NCBI RefSeq assembly: GCF_002310835.1
Contig: NZ_CP011041.1
Coordinates: 2,190,001-2,222,000, forward strand
Direction of reading: 5' to 3'
Origin: Pseudoalteromonas tetraodonis
GTDB taxonomy: Bacteria; Pseudomonadota; Gammaproteobacteria; Enterobacterales; Alteromonadaceae
DNA length: 32,000 nucleotides
Part shown: one piece after another, positions 1-7,375 of the stretch
Numbering within the stretch: position 1 is the first letter of the stretch
Layout of the letters: each line of letters starts with the position of its first letter
Made by a program: the position numbers and the translations under genes
Notes under the pieces: model-generated
Told to the model about the DNA's origin: nothing
Seen by the model: the letters and a program-made list of their open reading frames with translations, nothing else
Databases searched by the model: none

Positions 1-78
1 GAGCGCCTTAAGCGATTAGAAAAACAACAAGCCAAAGAAGCGCTTGCCGCTCATGAGCAACCTGCGACTAAAGAGTAA
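1..78 (+). CDS. 3' end of an upstream CDS, probably the PhoH-like ATPase YbeZ (partial)
   Basis: Frame +1 is open from the window edge (..ERLKRLEKQQAKEALAAHEQPATKE) to TAA at 76-78. It lies directly upstream of ybeY-corC-lnt, which matches the conserved ybeZ-ybeY-ybeX-lnt order. Identity rests on synteny only. Confidence 0.4.
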   Translation, partial: ERLKRLEKQQAKEALAAHEQPATKE

Positions 79-82
79 TACC

Positions 83-541
83 GTGAAAACAGAACTTGAT
101 TTACAAATAGCGTGTGAGTTTGACAACTTACCCAGCCTTGAGCAGTTTGCAATGTGGGCCGATAAAGTACTTAGCCAATACCGCGATGAGTCTGAGCTGA
201 CCATTGTCATTAGCGATGAAGCACAGTCGCAACAGCTCAATAATGACTACCGTGGTAAAAATAAGCCTACCAACGTATTATCGTTTGAATTTGAAGCGCC
301 ACCGGGTATTGATATCCCACTTGTGGGTGACTTAATTATTTGTCCAGCCATCGTTTTGGCTGAGGCGCAAGAGCAAGAAAAGTCATTTCATGACCACTTT
401 GCCCATATGGTTATTCATGGATGCTTGCATTTACTTGGATTTGACCATATAAAGAGTGAAGATGCGTTAGAGATGGAAAGTATAGAAAAGCAATTACTTG
501 CTGAACTAAACATAGCAGACCCATACCGGGACGATATTTAA
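83..541 (+). CDS. ybeY: Endoribonuclease YbeY (rRNA maturation factor)
   Basis: The ORF track gives 44..541. It contains the Zn-binding motif HGCLHLLGFDH (HxxxHxxxxxH) typical of YbeY/UPF0054. I prefer the in-frame GTG at 83, which is 5 nt after the upstream stop. The resulting N-terminus (M)KTELDLQIACE resembles E. coli YbeY ..ILDLQLACE. ATG at 44 would overlap the upstream CDS by 35 nt. Confidence 0.88.
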   Translation: MKTELDLQIACEFDNLPSLEQFAMWADKVLSQYRDESELTIVISDEAQSQQLNNDYRGKNKPTNVLSFEFEAPPGIDIPLVGDLIICPAIVLAEAQEQEKSFHDHFAHMVIHGCLHLLGFDHIKSEDALEMESIEKQLLAELNIADPYRDDI

Positions 542-563
542 ATAAACGGAGCAATTAGACGTA

Positions 564-1448
564 ATGAGCGACGATAACTCGCAATCTAGCCAGGGTTCTT
601 CTGGCAGGACTTGGCTGGGCCGTATAACCCACATGTTGCAAGGGGAACCCCAGAATAGAGAAGAGCTGGTTGAGGTGATTGCCGATGCCCAAGAGCGGGA
701 TGTAATCGATCCTGAAACCAAAGAAATGATTGAAGGTGTGCTTGGTGTGTCTGAGCTTAAAGTGCGAGATATTATGATACCGCGCTCACAAATGGTCACT
801 TTGGAAATTGATAGCCCGCTTGAAGAGCATATACCTATGATGGTTGACTCTACCCACTCTCGTTTTCCGGTTGTGTGTGAAGATAAAGACCATGTAGAAG
901 GGATTTTACTCGCAAAAGACTTATTACCTCTCATTTTAAACAAAGATGAGCATTTACCATCGCTACGTGACTATTTACGTCCAGCTATGGTGGTGCCTGA
1001 AAGTAAACGGGTTGATACCCTGCTTAACGAATTTCGTCAGCAACGCTACCATATGGCGATTGTGATTGATGAATACGGCGGCGTATCTGGTTTGGTCACC
1101 ATTGAAGATATTCTTGAGATCATTGTTGGCGAAATCGAAGATGAGCACGATGAAGAAGAAGAACAACAAGATATTCGTCAACTAGCTAAACATGTTTACG
1201 TTGTGCAAGCACTAACCCCTGTAGATGACTTTAACGAGCATTTTAAATCAGGCTATAGTTCGCAAGACGCCGATACTATTGGTGGTACCGTATTACATGC
1301 CTTTGGCCATATGCCGAGTCGTGGCGAAACCATTGATATAGACGGATTTCAGTTTAAAGTAACTAATTCTGATAACCGTCGTATATTACAACTGCAAGTC
1401 ACCATTCCTAAGGCTGATGATAACGACAGTGAAGAAACTGCTAACTAG
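564..1448 (+). CDS. corC: CorC/YbeX family Mg/Co efflux-associated protein (CBS pair plus CorC_HlyC domain)
   Basis: 294 aa. The tandem CBS region ([11 protein letters not shown].., RFPV.., [32 protein letters not shown]) is highly characteristic of the CorC/TlyC family. Synteny between ybeY and lnt supports the call. Confidence 0.88.
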   Translation: MSDDNSQSSQGSSGRTWLGRITHMLQGEPQNREELVEVIADAQERDVIDPETKEMIEGVLGVSELKVRDIMIPRSQMVTLEIDSPLEEHIPMMVDSTHSRFPVVCEDKDHVEGILLAKDLLPLILNKDEHLPSLRDYLRPAMVVPESKRVDTLLNEFRQQRYHMAIVIDEYGGVSGLVTIEDILEIIVGEIEDEHDEEEEQQDIRQLAKHVYVVQALTPVDDFNEHFKSGYSSQDADTIGGTVLHAFGHMPSRGETIDIDGFQFKVTNSDNRRILQLQVTIPKADDNDSEETAN

Positions 1449-2979
1449 CCTCACCCTACTAGCAAAAGATAAAAAAGCATGGCTCGCACTGGTTGCGGGC
1501 CTTGTTTTGACTTTTAGCTACGCGCCTTTTGGTATTTGGCCAATTGTATTTTTTAGCTTGGCCGCATTATTTTATTGTATCCCTGCAAACCTCACCGGAA
1601 AAAACCACGCTAAAACGGCGGCTAAATATGGCTTTATATTTGGTCTGGGCTGGTTTGGTGCAGGCATTAGCTGGGTGCATGTATCTATTGCCACCTTTGG
1701 TGGTATGCCACTTATCGCTTCCATTTCGTTAATGGTATTGCTGTGCAGCTACCTTGCATTATTTCCTGCGTTGGCACTATGGGCAACCACTCGTTTTTCA
1801 AACGGCTCTATAAATTTTGCAGCGCTACTACTACCTTGTTTTGCGATTAGTGAGTATTTGCGAGCCAACCTATTAACCGGTTTTCCTTGGTTAAGCTTTG
1901 GCTATACACAAACCGACAGTCCACTTAATGCCCTTGCTCCTTTTATTGGTGAATTTGGACTCACGCTATTATGTATTGCCATTGGTTTTGCATTGTACTG
2001 CTTAACCCAAAAACAATATAAAGTGCCTGCTATTACCGCTGCTGTGGTTGTTTTAGCTTTCGTAGGTGCACATTTTACAAAGGCACCCCATTACTCCAAT
2101 AAAGACCTTTCTGTGCTGCTTGTACAAGGTAATATAAAACAACACTTGCGCTTTGACCCCAGTGAGTTTTGGACCACCATGAGTAAGTATCAGGATATGA
2201 CGCGCCGTCACTGGGATGCTGATTTAATTGTGTGGCCTGAAGCCGCAGTCCCTGAAATAGAAGCCCTCGCTGATTCATATTTAGCAGGCTTAGACAGTGC
2301 CGCCTCATTTAATAAAACCGCGCTAGTAACGGGTATTGTCGATTACCAACGCGATACAAGAACCATTTTTAATACACTTATTGTGGTCGGTAACAAAGAG
2401 CAAAATGATGAACACGGCCACTATCGTTACTTAGATAGTAACCGCTATCAAAAGCATCAGTTATTGCCTATTGGAGAATTTGTTCCTTTTGAAGACATAC
2501 TCCGCCCCATAGCGCCGTTATTTGATTTGCCTATGTCGTCGTTCTCTCGCGGTGATAGAGTGCAAAATAACTTACGCGCGAATGGCTTTAATCTACTGCC
2601 CGCTATTTGCTATGAAATAGTCTTTGCCGATTTAGTGCGGGGTAACTACAAAAGCGACTCTGATTTACTATTTACCGTAAGCAACGATGCCTGGTTTGGT
2701 GATTCAATCGGCCCCCACCAGCATATGCAAATTGCCCGCATGCGCGCCCTTGAACTACAGCGCCCATTGGTACGTGTTACCAACAACGGCATAAGCGGTG
2801 CATATGACCCCATAAGCCAAACACGCCAAACTATGCCACAGTTTGAAGCTACTACTCTCAAAGCCAATATAAAGCTCATACAAGGGGATAGCGTGTATAG
2901 CCAATACGGCAATATGGTTGTGTGGGGAGTAATGGTGTTGTTGGGTATGATTGGATTTGGGGTTAGGTTTAGCAAGTGA
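1417..2979 (+). CDS. lnt: Apolipoprotein N-acyltransferase
   Basis: 520 aa. It has a polytopic N-terminal membrane domain followed by a nitrilase-type CN-hydrolase domain (VWPE.., ICYE.., NDAWFG). It follows corC as in E. coli. The start overlaps the corC end by 32 nt, so the exact start is uncertain. Confidence 0.9.
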   Translation: MITTVKKLLTSLTLLAKDKKAWLALVAGLVLTFSYAPFGIWPIVFFSLAALFYCIPANLTGKNHAKTAAKYGFIFGLGWFGAGISWVHVSIATFGGMPLIASISLMVLLCSYLALFPALALWATTRFSNGSINFAALLLPCFAISEYLRANLLTGFPWLSFGYTQTDSPLNALAPFIGEFGLTLLCIAIGFALYCLTQKQYKVPAITAAVVVLAFVGAHFTKAPHYSNKDLSVLLVQGNIKQHLRFDPSEFWTTMSKYQDMTRRHWDADLIVWPEAAVPEIEALADSYLAGLDSAASFNKTALVTGIVDYQRDTRTIFNTLIVVGNKEQNDEHGHYRYLDSNRYQKHQLLPIGEFVPFEDILRPIAPLFDLPMSSFSRGDRVQNNLRANGFNLLPAICYEIVFADLVRGNYKSDSDLLFTVSNDAWFGDSIGPHQHMQIARMRALELQRPLVRVTNNGISGAYDPISQTRQTMPQFEATTLKANIKLIQGDSVYSQYGNMVVWGVMVLLGMIGFGVRFSK

Positions 2980-2986
2980 ATGGAGT

Positions 2987-3012
2987 TGATAGCTGTCGGT
3001 TGTCAGCTATCA
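2987..3012 (+). terminator. Hairpin downstream of lnt (possible terminator, no clear U-tract)
   Basis: TGATAGCTG (2987-2995) and CAGCTATCA (3004-3012) form a perfect 9-bp stem with an 8-nt loop, 8 nt after the lnt stop. It sits between convergent genes. Confidence 0.3.
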
Positions 3013-3046
3013 GTATATAAATACAACCCCAATAATTTAGTAAGAT

Positions 3047-3538
3047 TTAAACATCAGGGTAATTTTTTATCCATTGATCAGTACACCCTCTTTCAAGATA
3101 AATTGAGATTGTTTTCTTTAAAAGACGACTTGTCATGTCCATTAATGCAGTTGTTCCCCCAGTAATTGCATTTTTCTCATAAATATAGCGACTTTCAATA
3201 AAGGTATGTCGATATCTTTCAATCAGTATCAATGAAAGGTCGCTTGAAAATTTATGCTTAATTGAAGTTGGTAACGCATTAAATAGATACACCAAATCAT
3301 GTGCATTTTCTTTTTTATTAAGAACCTTAGCGTTAAATTGATATTTTTCGTTTATTAATCCATCACTGCTTACTACTTTGCAGTTAAAGCTTTTAAGTAA
3401 TATCTCCAAAGCTAATGCTGCATTAGCTATCGAAATACTAATTGAATGACTCCACATAAGCTCTGATGCCTTCAAATATAGATATGATGTTTCAATCATA
3501 TGAGGAGCTAAAACCCAATCATAGCTGTCATCGTTCAT
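3047..3538 (-). CDS. Hypothetical protein, classical HEPN-domain-like (solitary)
   Basis: 163-aa ORF in an AT-rich stretch. Helix pattern ..AALALEILLKSF.. then ..NAHDLVYLFNALP.. then ..IERYRHTFIESRYIYE.. resembles the PF05168-type HEPN signature (A.E..LK, tHdL..L, ..sRY). No nucleotidyltransferase partner gene lies adjacent. Confidence 0.5.
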   Translation of the reverse strand: MNDDSYDWVLAPHMIETSYLYLKASELMWSHSISISIANAALALEILLKSFNCKVVSSDGLINEKYQFNAKVLNKKENAHDLVYLFNALPTSIKHKFSSDLSLILIERYRHTFIESRYIYEKNAITGGTTALMDMTSRLLKKTISIYLERGCTDQWIKNYPDV

Positions 3539-3590
3539 AGCCTTTCCTTAAAAATAATCTAAATATTTTTATTCTTATAAAACTAGGTTT

Positions 3591-4448
3591 CTAGTTACTT
3601 AATAATTCTTTAATCCCATAATACCAACTAAGTGCGGCGACTGTGCCATGGGTTTCATCTTCAAAATAACGTTGATTTATAACTAAATTATCGCTCGGGT
3701 GCGCTTTTAACTTTTTAGCAAACGCTAAACCCCATTGGTAATTTGTTTTACCAATTTCGCCAAACGCTTCGACATTATTTGCAAAGGTAAAATACACATT
3801 GCCGTTAAGCTGCTTATTTATAAATTGGTTATCATTAAAATAACGATTGAGGTAGTTATTATCCCACAGATAGGTTGCATCAATAATTAAGTAATCTGTA
3901 AATAGCGCATGGTTGGTAAGCAATACATAGCTGGCAAATAAGCCACCGAAAGACTCGCCAATTAATACGCGTTTAGTTGATGTCCGGTAATTTTTATTAA
4001 TGAGTGGAATAAGTTCTTTTTCAAAAAAGGCGCTGTAGTTTAAGGCGTTGCCGATATTTTCAAATCTTTCTAGGAGTTTACCGTTAAATGTCCGATCAAC
4101 ATTGGTTGGGGTAAAGTCACGCTCTCTTATCGCATTTTTACTATTAGGAATGGCTACTATAATTGCTTGCTGTATTTGCTGCTCTAGCCGGTCCGTACTA
4201 AGTGTCTCTACTAGCCCAGCTACGGCTTTTAGATGTGTTTGGTCACCATCGAGCAAGTAAATAACTGGATATACTTTATTAGGGTTTTCATTATAGCTTG
4301 GCGGTAAATAAACGCTAAAGCTGCGTTGCTCACCTAAAATAACAGACGTAAGCTGATGCGTTTTTGCGAACACAATATTTTCTGACGCATACGAAACCGT
4401 AATAAAATACAGATCAATAAATACAATTAATAAAGCTTTCATAACCAT
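3591..4448 (-). CDS. Secreted alpha/beta hydrolase, putative esterase family (PF00756/COG2819, IroE-like)
   Basis: 285 aa with an N-terminal signal-like hydrophobic segment. It has VYPVIYLLDGD near the N-terminus, the nucleophile elbow GESFGG (GxSxG) and a C-terminal ..ETHGT.. histidine. Confidence 0.72.
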   Translation of the reverse strand: MVMKALLIVFIDLYFITVSYASENIVFAKTHQLTSVILGEQRSFSVYLPPSYNENPNKVYPVIYLLDGDQTHLKAVAGLVETLSTDRLEQQIQQAIIVAIPNSKNAIRERDFTPTNVDRTFNGKLLERFENIGNALNYSAFFEKELIPLINKNYRTSTKRVLIGESFGGLFASYVLLTNHALFTDYLIIDATYLWDNNYLNRYFNDNQFINKQLNGNVYFTFANNVEAFGEIGKTNYQWGLAFAKKLKAHPSDNLVINQRYFEDETHGTVAALSWYYGIKELLSN

Positions 4449-4467
4449 CCTTGTAATAAGAGCAAAG

Positions 4468-5478
4468 TTAACTTTTAACAGTCTCTTCTACCGTTTGCAC
4501 ATTTACAACTTGGTTAATACTCCCTTTAATAACCACCGTGGCTGATATTTTATCTTGAATAGCTTGTCTGTTTGGGTCCCAGTACACTTGTAAAAAGCCT
4601 AACAAGCCGGTGGCAAAACCTGCGCCGTAACCACCGTAGCGGCCAAAACAATCAAGTAAACCCAGCGGTTCACCACTTAATGCAACCACTCGGGTGTTAC
4701 AGAGCTTTTTACCAGGGGTTTGACCGCGCCATAATAAAGAAAACAGTGTGAAGTACACAGTCGCCCAGCCAAAACCCAAACCTAAATCTTGAATAATACC
4801 TTTACCCCACTGCAAAATACTGTGCGTGGTTGTTTGTGCGGGCTTATCTTCTATTAACTGCGCAAGCTTTAATTCATTATTTTCACCAAACACTAATAAT
4901 TGTAAAAATGCTTTTGCAAGTTGTGGGTTTTGTAAGTCGTCCATTTCGGCTAATTTGGGTACTTGCCCTATCAAATTATCAAGCGCATTTTGTTGGCAAA
5001 GTTGCTCACAGCTTTCGTCGGCTGTTTGCACTAAGTAGGCATTTACCTGCTTTTTTTCTGTGGAGGTAAGCTGAATGTCATCCTGTATTTTTAAGCCTTT
5101 AACAGTTAAGCCTTGAACAGGGTCATCGCCTTCTAAGTAATCTATGCCAATTGAAAGCACAGCAAGAGCGCTTACAAATAAAATACTTGCTGCTACTATT
5201 TTTAATATTCTTCGCCACACACTCGACATTTTAGGAAGGTATTGCTGCGCCGTTCCTTTGTAAAAAGCCATCGCAGCAACGAATGCAATAATAGTTGCAC
5301 TGAGCTTTGCAGCTATGAATATTAATGCAACATCAATAATCATAGCTAATGCGCGCCGAGTCGGCGAAGCCAAAGGCAAGCCAAGTAAAGCATTATCAAC
5401 CTCAAAGGCATATGGCGTGATCACTTCTCGAGTTTCGGCTTTAGATAACGCTAATTGTTCTAATTCTTGTGCTTTCAT
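4468..5478 (-). CDS. RDD family membrane protein
   Basis: 336 aa. It has an N-terminal RRALAMIIDVALIF.. motif, several TM helices and a C-terminal WRGQTPGKKLCNTRVV motif typical of RDD domains. A long soluble insert separates the membrane halves. Confidence 0.7.
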   Translation of the reverse strand: MKAQELEQLALSKAETREVITPYAFEVDNALLGLPLASPTRRALAMIIDVALIFIAAKLSATIIAFVAAMAFYKGTAQQYLPKMSSVWRRILKIVAASILFVSALAVLSIGIDYLEGDDPVQGLTVKGLKIQDDIQLTSTEKKQVNAYLVQTADESCEQLCQQNALDNLIGQVPKLAEMDDLQNPQLAKAFLQLLVFGENNELKLAQLIEDKPAQTTTHSILQWGKGIIQDLGLGFGWATVYFTLFSLLWRGQTPGKKLCNTRVVALSGEPLGLLDCFGRYGGYGAGFATGLLGFLQVYWDPNRQAIQDKISATVVIKGSINQVVNVQTVEETVKS

Positions 5479-5664
5479 TATTATACTTGTTATTAAAATA
5501 GGTAACGCGATTAAATTACGCGCTTTTTAATTTTTGCTCAAGCGAATAAAATGGATAACGAGAGTTCACATTGAAAATAGCCGCTAGTAATAGATTAATT
5601 CTTAAAAGAGTGAACAATTAATCTATCGTATCGTATTAAATATAAAAGCTACGAGGAAGAGCTT

Positions 5665-6189
5665 ATGACAACCAAACAACTCTCATCACTTTTCGTTTTT
5701 CACTTACTGTTTGCCACAACCGAGGCAAACGCCAATGCTCGCTGGTATGTAGTGAATGATTCGGTGATGGGTGGCATTTCTAATAGTCAGGTTTTGTATG
5801 AAAACGACAATTTAGTGTTTACAGGCAATGTATCGCTTGCAAACAATGGCGGGTTTGCTTCTATTCGAACGCTATTGGATGTACAAAGCCAAGACATCAC
5901 TAAAATTATGCTACGTGTTAAGGGCGATGGTCAAACCTATCAATTACGTTTAAGAACCAATGAGTACATGGATGGTGCGGCTTATACCCGCTCGTTTAGT
6001 ACCACAAAGAGCGAGTGGCTTAATATTGAGTTTTTACCTGAGGATTTTCAGCTTACTTATCGCGGCCGCTTACTTGAACAACAACCTACAATTAACTTTA
6101 AAGATGTAAGGCAGCTTGGGTTTATGATTGCAGGTAAACAGGCGGGAGAATTTAGGCTTGAGGTTGAAAAAATTGAGTTTAAAAACTAA
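5665..6189 (+). CDS. CIA30 (complex I intermediate-associated protein 30-like) domain protein, secreted
   Basis: 174 aa with a signal peptide (..LLFATTEANA). WYVVNDSVMGGISNS and GGFASIR are hallmark CIA30-domain motifs. AGGAAG lies 7 nt upstream of the ATG. Confidence 0.8.
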   Translation: MTTKQLSSLFVFHLLFATTEANANARWYVVNDSVMGGISNSQVLYENDNLVFTGNVSLANNGGFASIRTLLDVQSQDITKIMLRVKGDGQTYQLRLRTNEYMDGAAYTRSFSTTKSEWLNIEFLPEDFQLTYRGRLLEQQPTINFKDVRQLGFMIAGKQAGEFRLEVEKIEFKN

Positions 6190-6245
6190 CTTTTCTGCGT
6201 ACATTACAAGGTTAAATAACCTGAACTAATACAGTTAGACTTTGG

Positions 6246-6758
6246 TTAAATAGTAAAGTCGTCGCCTCGCCTTTTCATTTCGTTGATTACTAGCTCAATA
6301 ATTTGTTGTTTTATTGCTGCCTGCTGTGACTTTACCTCACTAAGTTGCAGCTCCAATCTATTTATCTCTTCTTGTTGTTGCTCGGTTTTATACTTTTTAG
6401 CTCCCATATGCTCAGCATCCATAGTTAAGCGACTATCGTCTTCAGCTGGCCCATATTGGCTATTATCTATGGTTAAACTGCGTTGTACCGTACTCTGCTT
6501 AAGCTTATTTACTTGTTCTTGCAATGCAACCACTTGCTGGGTGAAATATTTATATGCCTTTTCTAAATTTTGATATTGCTCAGCAAATGTTGAGTTATCT
6601 TCGCTGTATTTTTGAACCTTAGCATCTAAAAACTCTGATAAAACATAGTCAGGCTCTTCCTCTGATTTATCATTAATGCGTTGCTGCTCTGATTCTATTA
6701 AAGGCTGATTGTTATAATTAGATGCTTGATATTGAATTGAGGCGGTTGAAATCTTCAT
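6246..6758 (-). CDS. Hypothetical Q/E-rich coiled-coil protein
   Basis: 170-aa ORF with no recognisable family. It has long heptad-like Q/E/K-rich segments (VALQEQVNKLKQ.., EEINRLELQLSEVKSQQAAIKQQIIEL). Confidence 0.55.
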   Translation of the reverse strand: MKISTASIQYQASNYNNQPLIESEQQRINDKSEEEPDYVLSEFLDAKVQKYSEDNSTFAEQYQNLEKAYKYFTQQVVALQEQVNKLKQSTVQRSLTIDNSQYGPAEDDSRLTMDAEHMGAKKYKTEQQQEEINRLELQLSEVKSQQAAIKQQIIELVINEMKRRGDDFTI

Positions 6759-6840
6759 TATTTTATCCCTAAAATAAATTTGTCACTATTTTAGGTATCG
6801 ACTGATATTTTAAATTCTTGAGTAGGATTGACTGATAAGA

Positions 6841-6877
6841 GCAAATAAAAAAGCCCTACTTGATTAAAGCAGGGCTT
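6841..6877 (-). terminator. Rho-independent terminator of the FKBP/Lon-like operon
   Basis: The minus strand reads AAGCCCTGCTTTAATCAAGTAGGGCTT followed by TTTTATTTGC. It lies 22 nt downstream of the FKBP stop at 6899. Confidence 0.65.
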
Positions 6878-6898
6878 AAAGTATTTTTTACCTTAAAA

Positions 6899-7375
6899 TT
6901 ACGACTCTATAGCCAGTAATTCCACCTCAAAAATAAGCAATGACGCAGGAGGTATACTCCCTACCCGCTTTTCACCATAGGCAAGCTGGTGCGGTATATA
7001 AAACTGAAATTTATCGCCCGGGCTCATCAGTTGCAGACCCTCAGTCCAGCCTTTTATAACTTGGTGCAAGCCAAAGCTAATCGGAGTTTTACGCTCCACT
7101 GAGCTGTCAAATACAGTGCCGTCGATTAAAGTGCCGTGATAATGCACTTTCACCATACTCGTTGGGCTAGGTGTATTTTCGCTCTGTCCTTTATGGATTA
7201 TTTTATATTGCAAGCCAGACGCAGTTTCTTGAACGCCTTCTACCTTTGCATTAGCAATTAAGTAATCACTTTCAATTTGCGCGTTAGCGATTGCTTGCTG
7301 CTTGGCTTTTTTACTGTTTTTAAAAATCAAAACGCAAAAAATAGCGATAACAATCAGTAAAATAATATTGATCAT
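6899..7375 (-). CDS. FKBP-type peptidyl-prolyl cis-trans isomerase with N-terminal membrane anchor
   Basis: 158 aa. One N-terminal TM helix (INIILLIVIAIFCVLIF) is followed by an FKBP core (VHYHGTLIDGTVFDSS, GLHQVIKGWTEGL, IPPASLLIFEVELL). The start overlaps the Lon-like stop by 4 nt (ATGA). Confidence 0.88.
   Translation of the reverse strand: MINIILLIVIAIFCVLIFKNSKKAKQQAIANAQIESDYLIANAKVEGVQETASGLQYKIIHKGQSENTPSPTSMVKVHYHGTLIDGTVFDSSVERKTPISFGLHQVIKGWTEGLQLMSPGDKFQFYIPHQLAYGEKRVGSIPPASLLIFEVELLAIES

Noticed and set aside
44-82. ATG at 44 as the ybeY start.
   Set aside because: It would overlap the upstream CDS by 35 nt and add residues absent from YbeY homologs. The in-frame GTG at 83 fits better. 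It is kept as an alternative because I cannot score the RBS quantitatively.
506-943. Antisense or alternative-frame ORFs lie inside well-supported genes. Examples are 16..240-, 506..943-, 975..1181-, 2646..2975-, 4826..5069+, 6283..6573+, 7406..7747+, 9059..9340+, 11507..11818-, 12638..13042-, 15619..15969-, 18016..18321-, 22052..22285-, 23748..23948-, 25760..25978- and 26991..27182+.
   Set aside because: Each is fully embedded in a longer ORF with clear family motifs on the other strand or frame. Their translations are low-complexity, Ser/Cys/Leu-rich shadow sequences with no recognisable domains.
2980-3165. A 61-aa plus-strand ORF immediately after lnt.
   Set aside because: It overlaps the 3' end of the longer minus-strand HEPN-like ORF and spans the lnt terminator-like hairpin. 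It has no motif support.
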